This document shows positions 1-10,394 of a stretch of DNA of 30,470 nucleotides, one piece after another. Position 1 is the first letter of the stretch; every line of letters begins with the position of its first letter. The position numbers and the translations under genes are program-made. A model generated the notes under the pieces. The model saw only the letters and a list, made by a program, of their open reading frames with translations. It ran no database searches and was not told the DNA's origin. Origin of the DNA: Prasinococcaceae sp. CCMP 1430 (taxonomy: Eukaryota; Plantae; Prasinodermophyta); contig RQSC01001226.1 of NCBI GenBank assembly GCA_013416795.1, forward strand, positions 4,613-35,082. The letters are read 5' to 3'.

Positions 1-1250
1 CGCGCTGGGCGGGGAGCCGGCGTCGCGCCGCGGTGTGCTGGGCGGCGCTGCGCTCGCCGCGGTCGCCGTGCTGTCCGCCGCGCGCCCCGAGCCCGCGCTT
101 GCGCTCTTCGGAGGCGACGAGGCGCTGCAGGAGGAGTACACCACCGACACCACGGCCATCATCACCCTCGTGCAGTCCAACCTCGCGCTCGACACGAAGG
201 ACCCGTCGCGCCCGGAGTCCATTGCCGCGGTGCGCAAGGCCACCGCCGATTGGGTCGCCAAGTACCGGTGCGTTGCTGCCGTCGCATGCCACAACGAGTC
301 GCCGCCGGATGGCGCGCGCGTGTATGGCCGCCGGTGCGCCAGACACAACTGGCATGGATGCAGTGCGCGAAACGCGCCGCCGCGCTTCAACGGCGCGCAC
401 CTGTGGCGGCCTATCCGGCCCAGTGCGGTGCTCTGGGCGAGGATCGGCCGATTGCCGCGCCTCGGCAATCGCCGGTTCCGACCGCGTCGCGTTTGCTCCT
501 TCGAGCAAGCGCCCAGGCCCCGTATTGACGGGGTGTTGCGAGTCTGGCTGGCCGCGCGAGGCCGTGATGTGCGCCTCTGACGCGTCGCGCGCGCGTCTCC
601 TCGCGTGCCGCGCGCTCGTACTCGCGCGCAAATGTGCCCCTCCCCAACATCCCGCAACCCTCCTACCCCCCGCGCGCCCTCTGTCGCGCGCCCTCTCTCG
701 CGCCACCTCCTGGGCCGGCGTCCCCGACATGAATAGGCGCGAGGCCCGCGTGCAGGCCAAGCCTTCGTACAGCCAGTGCTACACCGCGCTCAATGCCGTC
801 GCCGGCCACTACAACTCCTTCGGTACGTCGCCGCCGCGCGAACACTCGGCTGCCCCCAGTGCCCACCTGTTCAGGCCGCGGCAACGTCCAGGTTGGCTTC
901 GGGCGTTGCCTAGGGGCACGACCGAGACGCGTGGCCCCCGCGCCCGCGCGCGTGCTCTCATCGCTTCCCCGTGTGAGCGAATGAGTCCTGCGCGCGCGAG
1001 CATACGCGCACGCGCGAACGCGAGTGCGAACGCGAGCGCGAGCGCACATCCGATACACATCGCGCACGGCCTTACGCGCTTGCGCGCTGACACCCCCCCC
1101 ACCCACCCGCCCCCGTCCGCAAAACCTCACAACGCACACGCGACCGCGCGCGATCCCGCAGGTACCAAGTACCCTCTGCCGCCCAAGCGGCTGCAGCGCG
1201 TGAACAAGGAGCTGGCATTCGCGGCCAAGGCGGTGGCTGCTGGCAAGTAG
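1..1250 (+). CDS. psb27: Photosystem II assembly factor Psb27, 5' end outside the window. Exons <1-267, 737-822, 1162-1250
   Basis: GT-AG introns 268-736 (CG|GTGCGT...AATAG) and 823-1161 (G|GTACGT...CGCAG) join in phase to give WVAKYRREARVQAKPSYSQCYTALNAVAGHYNSFGTKYPLPPKRLQRVNKEL, the Psb27 C-terminal signature. The N-terminal SRRGVLGG...hydrophobic...PALA resembles a twin-arginine thylakoid signal. Confidence 0.92.
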   Translation, partial: RWAGSRRRAAVCWAALRSPRSPCCPPRAPSPRLRSSEATRRCRRSTPPTPRPSSPSCSPTSRSTRRTRRARSPLPRCARPPPIGSPSTGALLPSHATTSRRRMARACMAAGAPDTTGMDAVRETRRRASTARTCGGLSGPVRCSGRGSADCRASAIAGSDRVAFAPSSKRPGPVLTGCCESGWPREAVMCASDASRARLLACRALVLARKCAPPQHPATLLPPARPLSRALSRATSWAGVPDMNRREARVQAKPSYSQCYTALNAVAGHYNSFGTSPPREHSAAPSAHLFRPRQRPGWLRALPRGTTETRGPRARARALIASPCERMSPARASIRARANASANASASAHPIHIAHGLTRLRADTPPTHPPPSAKPHNAHATARDPAGTKYPLPPKRLQRVNKELAFAAKAVAAGK

Positions 1251-1657
1251 AGAGCCTCGGCGTATCGGCAGGCGCGTTGGTGAGGTGCGCGCGTGTACGC
1301 ACCCCGACTTGTGCCCAGTAAAATACGCCGCCGCTGCGGCGCGCCCTGTCTAGTCACCATTCCCCGGTACGAGGACACTAAAGATCGGGGTCCAGTGAGA
1401 AAGCGCGCAGTAGGAGGGGTGGACAGGCGAGACCGGGATGCTCGCGCGTCGACGCGCGTGCGGCGGTTGCTCTGTCGTGTGGTGCGCGCACCACTGCAGG
1501 TGCATGAGCATGTGTGTGGCGCCGCGGCGCGGCGGCGCGCCGCCCGCGCCATGCAGATCGTAGAAGGACGTATTTATTATTACTTACACATGGTGTGTCA
1601 CGCTACATACAACGGGAGGCAGACAGAACTGCCCCAGCGGGTGAGGTGGCATGCGCT

Positions 1658-2115
1658 CTACAGGAGCGAGTGGCCGGAGAGCTGCTCGGTCGCGAAGAGA
1701 GCGACCAGGCCGACCATGGCGGCGCGGCCGTTGAGGAGCTCAGTGGACGGCTTCCACATGCCCTCGTCCTTGCGCGTCTCGGGCTTGGCCGTGATGCCGC
1801 CCACGAGGCGCGGCATGAGCGAGGCCAGCGAGATGAGCGCCGACGCGAAGATGAGCGCGCCAGAGTGCTCGCCGATCTGGGTGGCGAGGGTCTCGTGCGT
1901 CGCGACCTCAGCGCCGATGGCGGCGAGGAAGGCCACCTGGCTCACGCGGCCGTTGATGAGCTCCGGGCCGTACGAGGAGAAGCCCATGATCTCGTTGAAG
2001 GTCTCCGGCTTGGGAGGCACCGGGGCAGCCGGCTCGGCGGCGGGCGCCGCGGTCTCGGTCGTGGCCGTCTCCGGGGCGCAGCACACGGTCGCCGAGCGGC
2101 GCGCGGCCGCGCGCG
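1658..2115 (-). CDS. ELIP/CBR-like chlorophyll-binding stress protein, paralogue 1; start lies in the gap
   Basis: Two LHC motifs (PELINGRVSQVAF and TELLNGRAAMVG) flank a middle helix. Upstream RAAARRSATVCCA looks like the end of a plastid transit peptide. Confidence 0.88.
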
Positions 2116-2332
2116 NNNNNNNNNNNNNNNNNNNNNNNNNNNNNNNNNNNNNNNNNNNNNNNNNNNNNNNNNNNNNNNNNNNNNNNNNNNNNNNNNNNNN
2201 NNNNNNNNNNNNNNNNNNNNNNNNNNNNNNNNNNNNNNNNNNNNNNNNNNNNNNNNNNNNNNNNNNNNNNNNNNNNNNNNNNNNNNNNNNNNNNNNNNNN
2301 NNNNNNNNNNNNNNNNNNNNNNNNNNNNNNNN
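2116..2332. other. Assembly gap (217 N)
   Basis: Run of N. Confidence 0.99.
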
Positions 2333-2485
2333 TGGCGCCGCGTGGCGCCGCGTGCGGCGAGGGGGAAATTCGCGGCCGCGAAATGCGTCGCCGGACCGCG
2401 GTTTCGAGCGGCGCCGCTCGGCTCGCGCGCGACCGCACGGCCCGTGCCGTGTGCCGCATCGCTACAATGCTAATGATATTATATT

Positions 2486-2581
2486 TACCCACGGGAAACT
2501 CCTTCCCGGGTGTGTTTTTGTGCGTGCCACGCGGGCGTTCCTTTTAATATTCGTTTTAAAGATCATAGCTACCCACGGGAA
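2486..2581. promoter_or_regulatory. AT-rich patch with a 12-bp direct repeat TACCCACGGGAA between the divergent ELIP genes
   Basis: Identical copies at 2486-2497 and 2570-2581. A regulatory role is inferred from position only. Confidence 0.45.
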
Positions 2582-2719
2582 TCTTTTGTTTGGGCGCGCA
2601 TGCGCGCGTGTGTTTTGATGAGTTTCTCGGGCGGTGCGCGGGCGGCCTCGCGGCGCGGCCTTCCCCCCCTCGCGTTGGTGCGCGCGCCGAAAGCGCCTTC
2701 CGCGGCGCGCTGGGCGCGC

Positions 2720-2778
2720 NNNNNNNNNNNNNNNNNNNNNNNNNNNNNNNNNNNNNNNNNNNNNNNNNNNNNNNNNNN
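2720..2778. other. Assembly gap (59 N)
   Basis: Run of N. Confidence 0.99.
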
Positions 2779-3187
2779 CGCGCCCGGCGGCGAGCCCGCC
2801 GTTGAGGCCGAGGCCGCGCCGGCGCCGCCGGCGCCCAAGAAGGACAACTTCGATGACTTCTTCGCCTTCAAGTCGTGGGGCCCGGAGATCGTGAACGGCC
2901 GCCTCGCGATGCTCGGCTTCGTGTCGGGGGCCGCCGCGGAGATCACCTCGGGTGAGACCACCCTCTCGCAGTTCTCCGCTCACCACTGGGCGTTCGTGCT
3001 GGCGGCCGTGCTCTTCACCGCCGCGTCTTTCATGCCGCGCTTCCAGGGTGAGACCACCGCCAAGCCCGAGTCGAAGGAGAATGGCATGTGGAAGGCGTCC
3101 ACTGAGCTCCTCAACGGCCGCGCCGCCATGGTGGGCCTCTCCGCCATGTTCGTGCAGGAGGCCATCACCGGCAACCCCGTCTTCTAA
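2779..3187 (+). CDS. ELIP/CBR-like chlorophyll-binding stress protein, paralogue 2; start in or before the gap
   Basis: PEIVNGRLAMLGF ... TELLNGRAAMVG, collinear with paralogue 1, ends at TAA 3185-3187. Confidence 0.9.
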
Positions 3188-3565
3188 GCAGCGCGCGAGT
3201 GCAGCGCGTGGTTCTAAGGGACCAGCAGTACCATATGTCGACCGACGGCGCGAAGGAGAGAGGACCGCGCACCGAGTGCGCCATGCCCCACTGTAAACAT
3301 ATCACCATTATTGCAACCCACGAACATTCCGCTCACCGCGACCGATGCTCGCGCATTGCCGCACATTTACCAGCTCAGGCGCGCTCGGCGCGCGGGAGCA
3401 GCGCCCGGCGGGCTTGCCCCATTCGTCACCAACCCACAGACCCTTTCGGCACTGGCCTCCCCCAGTCGGGGCGCGTGGTGGCGAATGGCGGCGGAGCTGC
3501 CAAGTGCCGACCGGCGGTGACTCATCCGACGTCCATCACAGGCAAAAGCGGCAGAGCGGCGTGGC

Positions 3566-5445
3566 TCAGGGCGAGTGGGCGAGCGAGGCAGGGTCTTGCC
3601 AGGCCTCGAGTGGCTCTCGTGTCGAAGCCTCCTCCCCAGATGGCCTCTCCTCGCCTTCGTCGGCGTTTTCTGCGCCTCTCAATGGGTCCAGCGCATGCGC
3701 CCAAAACGGCGTCTGCAGTGGCCACATGAAGCGCAGCCGCGCGAAGTAGTGGAGGGCTTTGTCCCCGAGCACTTTTTCGCAGCGCTCAACCGCCGCCAGC
3801 AACTGGGGAGTAGGCTCCTCGCTCCAGCGCTTCTCCAGCGTGGTATAGCCCTCGGCACCGAGCGATTCCTCGTGGCGTTTGCATGCCTCCCAGTCGAGCA
3901 GCTTGAGTTTATAGGGCAGCGAGGACTTGACATCGCGAGCGAAGTACTCCGCGACCTGCCGCTGCCACCACCTCAGAATCGACGTGCCATTTTTGTGCAA
4001 GTACCTCCCTCGGCCGACGTACTGCCACAGCGCGGCGACCATTGAGCACGGGTCGGACAGAAAGAGCTCGAAAGGCATCAGGAACAGCCGCCCACAAGGC
4101 ACCGAGTGCGCCAGCAATTCCACGTTGGTGTACGCCACGGCTTGCTGTCTGAGCTCCAGCTCGAAGGCCGCATCTGAAAAGGGAGGCACCTCGGTCTCGA
4201 CGCTGTACCCGCTTTCGTTGTCCTTGCCGGAGACCGTTGTGTAGAAGCGCCCGAGATTGGAGAGGACGCTTCGCACCGGGTCCCTCGCCAACACAACGAA
4301 GAGCACGCGCGGATCGCGAAAGCGGTCCTCAAAATTATACGCCTTGCTCTCCGATCGCCACACGCGCTCGTACGGGTACATCTTGACGATCGTTCGGTCA
4401 GTGCGAGACAGGTAGCGCTAAAGGAGGCGTGAACGGGTGCGACTTGGTCAGCGCTCGCGCGTCCGTGAGCTGTCAAGTGTGGAATGCATGCGGTGCCGTC
4501 TGGGTTTGCTCGGCGGCCTGGTGGCCGCCACTCGAGCGCGTGTGCGCACTCGATGCCACTCATGCGCACGGGCGGGCGGGGACGAGACCCACACACCTGC
4601 CCGAACTTGCCATCAGCGCGGTAGTGGCCCCCGCGCACCCCCGCCTTCCCTTCGAGCCTCGAGGAGTACGGAAAGCTCAAAGTCTCGAGCACCGTCAGGT
4701 TGAGCTTGGCGAAGACCTGCACGGGTGCCTGCCACAGCACTCCGGAATTGAACGTCGTCATCTGCGAGAGTGCGCGCCGTCGCCGTCGCCGTCGCGCGCG
4801 TGGAGACGCGCGCGCAGTCCACAACGGTCGCAAGCGCGAGCGCGCGCGACGCGTGAGCACGCGGGGAACGTGCGGCGCCAGCATGCGAGCGCCCCAGGAG
4901 CGATGGCCCGCAAGCGCAGTAAGCGCTACTCAACAACTCACATGGTGTCCCGTGCCCTCTACGCCCATGACGGAGAGGCCCAGAGGCCCGCTCGCGGGCT
5001 CGCCGCGACGCCCGCCGTGGAGCGCGTGCCAGCCGAGCTGCCGCTGCTGCGCGGCACACAGGTGATGCTGCTCGAACAAACGCGTCGGCGAAGGCCGCGA
5101 GTCGCGAGCGGCTGCCTGCTGCTGCGCGCTGTTGCCATCATAGTATTCCTCGACCCGCGCCCAGTAGCGTTCGAGCGAGCACGCGGGCGTCTGTGACACA
5201 CCGCGAGGCGGCGCCCGCGCCTCGTCGCGCGCATTGCGGTGGCCGCCCGCAACGTCCGCATCTTGCAACCGCACCGCGTGCACGGCATGCCCCCCGGCTG
5301 TGCCATCGGACTCGTCCACTCCTCCGCGCTGGATCCCAAACGCGGTGCACACCGCCACCGCCACCCCCAGCGCCCACAGCGCCGCTGCCGCCGACGAGCA
5401 CGTCCGACTGCGGGCCCGGGCCCTGCCACGGGGTGGCTGCCCCAT
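3566..5445 (-). CDS. Type II membrane sulfotransferase-like (P-loop fold) protein, about 506 aa. Exons 5445-4942, 4761-4597, 4417-3566
   Basis: Two phase-0 GT-AG introns (4762-4941, 4418-4596). There is an N-terminal hydrophobic anchor (AAAALWALGVAVAVCTAFG), a putative 5'-PSB loop SVMGVEGTGHH and a 3'-PB motif FVVLARDPVRSVLS. The start codon is uncertain. Confidence 0.72.
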
Positions 5446-5607
5446 CCCACACCCGGCCCCCTGTGCGGCCCTCAGCCCCGCACCCCCTCCACCCCCCACC
5501 ACGCCCCCCTTTGAGAGCGCGCACAGTGTGGCCCCAGCGCCCTGTAACAGCCCAACACCAACAGCTTGCGCGCCTGCGCGCCAAGCAGCGGGGCCCAAGC
5601 GCACACG

Positions 5608-5656
5608 TACATGTACATTCAGTACCATCACGATTGGACTGAAGTACCATCGGTAC
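5608..5656. repeat. Degenerate member of the TACATGTACA / GTACCATCATGATGGTAC intergenic palindrome family
   Basis: TACATGTACA 5608-5617, GTACCATCACGATTGGAC 5622-5639, GTACCATCGGTAC 5644-5656. Confidence 0.5.
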
Positions 5657-5873
5657 ACCACTACCAGCACTTTAGTCGAACACTTTCGCTGACAGGCAAC
5701 ACTTGTGCAGGTGCAGGAGTAAGGAGCTCCATATTATAGTAGCGCGGGCGCAGCTGCGCCTCTTTCGCCCGGGCGAGCTTGCGTGCGCCCCTGCGCCCGC
5801 CCACCCGAGCGTGCGGGCGCCCAGGTCCTGCGCACAGCTTGCGCGAGGGATTGCCTCCGGTTCCACTGACAGC

Positions 5874-6719
5874 TCAGGCGTTGGGGTCCGCCTTGATCTC
5901 CCCCTTGCCACCGCCCTTGATGAGCCAGCTCGAAGACTGGATCTTGTCGCCGAGGCCGTCGAGCAGCGCAATGCCGAGCTTCTCGCAGACGGGCCTCTCC
6001 GGGATTGTGTTGTTGTTCTGGTCGCCGCCGTTGCAGAAATAATCGGGCGGCGGCGTGATGCACGCGATCGACCTGCAGCAAGTCCGGTCCTCATCGACGG
6101 CCACAAAGGCCTCGTCGACGCAACGCAGCGCCGCGACGATCTTGCAGCGCTCCGCTGCGGGCATGAACGGTTTGCCCTTCTTCAGCGTCGCCTGGTGGTC
6201 GTTGTTCACAATCACGATCAGGTGCGCGTTCTTGTCGCCACCCGCGGCCTCCTTGGACTTCTCGAGGTACTCAAGGTGGCCAACGTGGAAGGGGTCGAAG
6301 TAGCCCGACACCTGATGGCGGCGATGCGACGGGCGCGCGGAGGGTGACCAGCGCACGGCGAAACCCGCACCGCCGCCGCAGGAGCGCCGCAGGAGCGCCG
6401 CAGTGGCGGGGCGCGCAAAGCGGCGCGCGAGCGCGCATCGGATGCGCGCACGTCAGCGCCAAGCACTGCGAGCGGCCGCTCCGTCGTCATCGCGCTGTCG
6501 CACACTGCGAACGATATTCCCGCGCGCTGCGACCGCGCTGCTGGGCCAACGCCCCCTTCCCCGCCCCCCCCAGCAACCCCTAGCTGCTCTGCCGCGGTCG
6601 CGGTCTAGCGCGCCCCGCCGCCGGCCTACGCCACGCACCACGACGCGCTTCTTGCGCTCGGCGCCGTAGCCCGCTCCCACCTCGGCGCCAGTGTCTGCCA
6701 TCACCTTGGGCGCCACCAT
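5874..6719 (-). CDS. Cytidylyltransferase-like nucleotidyltransferase (HxGH family; glycerol-3-phosphate cytidylyltransferase/RfaE/RibL-like), 172 aa. Exons 6719-6639, 6311-5874
   Basis: The phase-0 intron 6312-6638 (GTGCGT...CATCAG) yields RVVVSGYFDPFHVGHLEYL. Further motifs are IVIVNND, KKGKPFM...ER, NGGDQ and KIQSSSWL. Confidence 0.9.
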
Positions 6720-7451
6720 CGCTGCCGTTGGCGGGGATGGGCGATTGGGAGGGGGGGGGAGGGGGCTGGGCGCGCGCGTGCGGGCAGGCGCACAGAGACA
6801 CGCATGTGGTGTGCGGTGCTCGTCCGCAATGCAGCGCGCGGGCCCGCCGCATGTATTCGTACTTTTGGTGGCTTCCGCTGCTGCCCTTTTCTCACGGCCA
6901 CGGCAAGATGATGGAAATTGGACAAGGGCGTGCTCACTTTGCGACCCGCACCAGTGTAATAAACTGAGCTCTGAAAGATCCACCCGTCCGGGACCATTTC
7001 ACGGAATCGAATCCTCTCAAATGGGTGGATTCCTCGAAACCCTTCGAGCCCCCCCTCATGCCACTCCCGCCCGCGAAATCCCCTCCCGCACACACCGCGC
7101 GCGGCGTGCGCGCGCGGCGCCCCCTCGCCCTTCCCCTGCCTTCCAGGTCGTTCCAGCACGGGAGCGCAGGAAGCCGCCCGGTGGTGCAGCCTCGGCGAGG
7201 GAGGCGAGAAGGCGGCGCGGCAGTGCGCGCAACTCCCACCGTTTCCACCCGTGTGTTGTGGTCAGCCGCGGGCGAAGGGGGGTTCGGGACGTGTGCGGCA
7301 GTTGCAGGCGAGGGCACCGACGCGTGCTCGGGCGGCGCGCGTCCGCGCAAGGGCTAGGGACGGGTGTGCATCGGCAGCAGCGGTGGGACGGGTGTGCATC
7401 GGCAGAAGGTGTCGAGAGGTCCGACGCCGCCGACTTCGAGGGTGATTGCGT

Positions 7452-8846
7452 ATGCTGCCAAGGGGAGCTGCGAGCAGGTCTCGTCGGGCGCTGCAGCCGG
7501 CGCTGCGGCAAAGGCATCGGCGTCTGCTGCTCGCGTTTGCTGCCGCGGTGGCGCTGCTGACGGCCGCGACGAGCCCGGGGCCTTGGTGGAGCAAATTTCT
7601 CACAACGTGCATAGAATGGGCGGATGGGTGGTCTTTGAGGAATTGGCAGGGGGTGAGTTTGCAGGGGGACGGAGCTCGCGAGGGGCTGTGGACAGAGCAA
7701 GCCATGCTGGAGAGCGAGAGCACCAGGGAGCGCGCCTTGTTTGAGAGCCGCCGAGCGCTGCTGTGCGACGCAGCGGCCGCAGAGAGGGCAGGTCTATCAG
7801 CACTACCAGCAGCTACGGACTGTGTCTGCTCTGGACTGCGGCCGTGCTTCGAGGACATCGGGGTCAAATTCTTCATCGCAGGCTTCCCAAAGTCGGGCAC
7901 AACACAACTGGTAGCTCTTTTGAATGAGCACGAAGGCACCAGCGTCCATCCGTTGATGGCAACGACTGAGCACCTGGATCTAAGCCTCTATGGACGTGTT
8001 GGACCGTCAAGAGGTCTCATTCCGAACGACAACGAGTCGTACTTCTTTCGCCCCTCGATGGCCGCGGGGAGGGACCCTATCGAGTTCATCTCGGCGCGCA
8101 AGCGTGAAGTTCATGACACAGTTGCTCGTGGAGCGCATCAGCAACTTCCTGTCGTCGGCATTAAAGACCCCGACATGGCGTACGATGCGGGTGCCGTGCT
8201 GCACGCAGCCTCAGTCCCCCGGAGCAAGGTCATTCTCGCAGTCCGAGACCCCCTCGACTGGATCGTCTCCTTCTACAACTATCGCCTCGAGGAGTATGAA
8301 TACATCCGGCCTGAGTGGCTTCGTGGCCCCGACGGCGACCTCCGGCATCCTGTGAGTTGTCCATCGGGAGTTCAGCACTCAGGGGAGTACCCGCCGACCT
8401 TCAGAGACATTGCTGCGGGCTGCTGTTGGGTCGGAGTGTGCCGCCATACCGGCGCGCAGATACGCCACATCATCGAGCAGAATGTGTTGACTGCACTGCC
8501 ACGAGAACGAGTGCTCCTGATAGATATGGACTCGCGCTTCCGCCACGACTCCTCCATGGTGTACGAGGTCCTGTCTAATTTTTTGCAGATTGGGACCATC
8601 GAGTTTAAGCACCACACCCATCGTGTGCGGCATAACGCCGCGATGGACGGGCATGAGGACCGCATCGTTGACATCTGCGCGGAGGAGCATCGTGAGGAGA
8701 GAAAGGCTCTGTGGTGTTTCTTCAGTGAGGAAGAAAGCCCGACTGACATTGCGTTTTACGATTCGCTCTCGCGTGGACTCATCGATCACCTCAACGATCC
8801 GCGCCCGTGCGATGAGACCATACATTGCGAGGAAAGAGCACGCTAG
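7452..8846 (+). CDS. Intronless type II membrane sulfotransferase (Sulfotransfer_1/3-like), about 464 aa
   Basis: N-terminal RRLLLAFAAAVALLTAA anchor, 5'-PSB FFIAGFPKSGTTQL, GIKDPDMAY, and 3'-PB ILAVRDPLDWIVSFYNY. Confidence 0.85.
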   Translation: MLPRGAASRSRRALQPALRQRHRRLLLAFAAAVALLTAATSPGPWWSKFLTTCIEWADGWSLRNWQGVSLQGDGAREGLWTEQAMLESESTRERALFESRRALLCDAAAAERAGLSALPAATDCVCSGLRPCFEDIGVKFFIAGFPKSGTTQLVALLNEHEGTSVHPLMATTEHLDLSLYGRVGPSRGLIPNDNESYFFRPSMAAGRDPIEFISARKREVHDTVARGAHQQLPVVGIKDPDMAYDAGAVLHAASVPRSKVILAVRDPLDWIVSFYNYRLEEYEYIRPEWLRGPDGDLRHPVSCPSGVQHSGEYPPTFRDIAAGCCWVGVCRHTGAQIRHIIEQNVLTALPRERVLLIDMDSRFRHDSSMVYEVLSNFLQIGTIEFKHHTHRVRHNAAMDGHEDRIVDICAEEHREERKALWCFFSEEESPTDIAFYDSLSRGLIDHLNDPRPCDETIHCEERAR

Positions 8847-9020
8847 CGGGGCTCATGGTGCTCTTGGATGTGAACGTCGCCGTTTACGGGCACCCTCAGC
8901 GAACGCAGCGATGTGCTCGCTGGAGACGCGCGGCCGTACGGCTATGGCGTTAAGCAGCGCAGCGCTCGCGCGCATTCTCACAAACAGCAGATACTCCCAC
9001 GAGAACCTTGGCACGACATC

Positions 9021-9058
9021 TACATGTACAGTGCATCATCATGATGGTACATGTACAG
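9021..9058. repeat. CATCATGATG palindrome core flanked by TACATGTACAG direct repeats
   Basis: TACATGTACAG at 9021-9031 and 9048-9058; CATCATGATGGTAC at 9037-9050. Confidence 0.65.
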
Positions 9059-9644
9059 CACGGCGACCTCCGGCATCATGTTGATTGTCCATCGGGAATT
9101 CAGCAGTCAAGGAAGTGCCCGCCGACCTTCCAAGAAATATGAAAGAGAGCACTTGGGTCGCAAAAAAACGGTGCCCTCGCTCTTCGTAGTGCAGCAACAG
9201 ACAGCTGTGATCTCCCAAGTATCAAAGCATATTTCGACTGCTCGCGTCAGGTACCCTGGCTGGGAGTCACGGGCCGCTGGTAGATCATCCTGGTCTGCTC
9301 CCAGGCCCAAGCGGCGGCCCATAGGACTAGAACACGGGACGGCACCGCAATCAACTCTCCACAAAGTGATCAATAGGAAAGCCGTCAGCGATAAAATCGG
9401 GAATAGGCGTTAGAGATTCGATTACGTGACGCCCTCATTGCTTGAGAATTTCTTGAAATATGTTGGCGCGCTGCCGCCCAGGTCCGCATCGCCCGGAGGC
9501 GAGACGTGTGTGCGACATCAGCTCGAGGTAATTGGCTTGCGGCGCGCGCTACAAGAGTTCAGCATTCGCTGCGCTGCAGAAGAATCGCCGCGTTGTCCAG
9601 GGCGCCCGGTCGGCAGCAACTCCGCGCTTCTTCAATGTGACCAC

Positions 9645-10230
9645 TCAGCTCTCCTGCCAGTCATTCCCATCACATCGCCAATGCATGTCCGGCGCAACGA
9701 ACTTGTAGAAGCCTTCATGGCCCTCGCTATGGAGCTCACATCCTGCCTTCCACGATTTGACGAAGCGGCTATCTTTGCGGAAGACGACCAGGTCATCGCC
9801 CACCTTGCTCACATGGTGATAGAGACCAGTCTGTGCCATGAAGTCGATAGTTTCCTGCTCGTGAGAGCACTCCACGAAGAATATGTCGATAATGACGGTA
9901 TGCAGGTCGATCGAGCGCAACACGTTGAGTTCAAGGCTCTCGACATCTAGAGAGAACACGTCCACGCGGGGTACCTCACCGAAGGCCTCCACGAGGCCAT
10001 CCTTGGGGGTGACGCATCTGATAGGGTATTTCGCCTTAATCTTCACAGTACCGTCTGCAATCAGCTGGTCGAAGCGTGCACGCTTGTCAGCATTCATGAA
10101 CTCCATGACGCTACTTTCTTGGTCGTATGGCTTCTCAAGCTGTACGAACTCAAATGTGCCGGTGTGCTGCCCATACGTAGCGGGTGGGTGGCCAGGGCGC
10201 ACGCGCGCATGCTTGACAACGCGGGCTGCG
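9645..10230 (-). pseudogene. FkbM/Methyltransf_21-like SAM methyltransferase, C-terminal half only (truncated gene, pseudogene or misjoin); 5' boundary approximate
   Basis: GTFEFVQL...YPIRCVT...PRVDVFSLDVESLELNVLRSIDLHTVIIDIFFVE matches the FkbM C-terminal pattern. No N-terminal GAxxG SAM-binding segment is visible upstream. Confidence 0.65.
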
Positions 10231-10394
10231 AACGCGCCGTGTATGAAGGCGCCCCTGGTCGTTGCAGTGACGGCGGCGTGGGTGGCAGCGGCGATGGTGG
10301 TGGGGAAGGTGGCAGTGGTGTCGATGGCGCAGGGGTGCACAGTCGTGCCGCAACGGTCGCCGGAGCCGCTCCACATAGAGTCGGCAGCCCCTTC

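Noticed and set aside
1008-1045. GCGAAC/GCGAGC hexamer-like run
   Set aside because: Ordinary GC-rich low complexity inside psb27 intron 2.
33-1250. 405-aa and 181-aa plus-strand ORFs
   Set aside because: They are read-through of psb27 introns; only the three exons match Psb27.
7003-7014. GGATTCGATTCC on the minus strand resembling a tRNA T-loop or B-box
   Set aside because: No G53-C61 closure, T-stem, acceptor stem or D-arm, so it is not a tRNA.
9426-9950. 174-aa plus-strand ORF
   Set aside because: It is the codon-aligned antisense shadow of the FkbM-like frame and has no recognisable motif.
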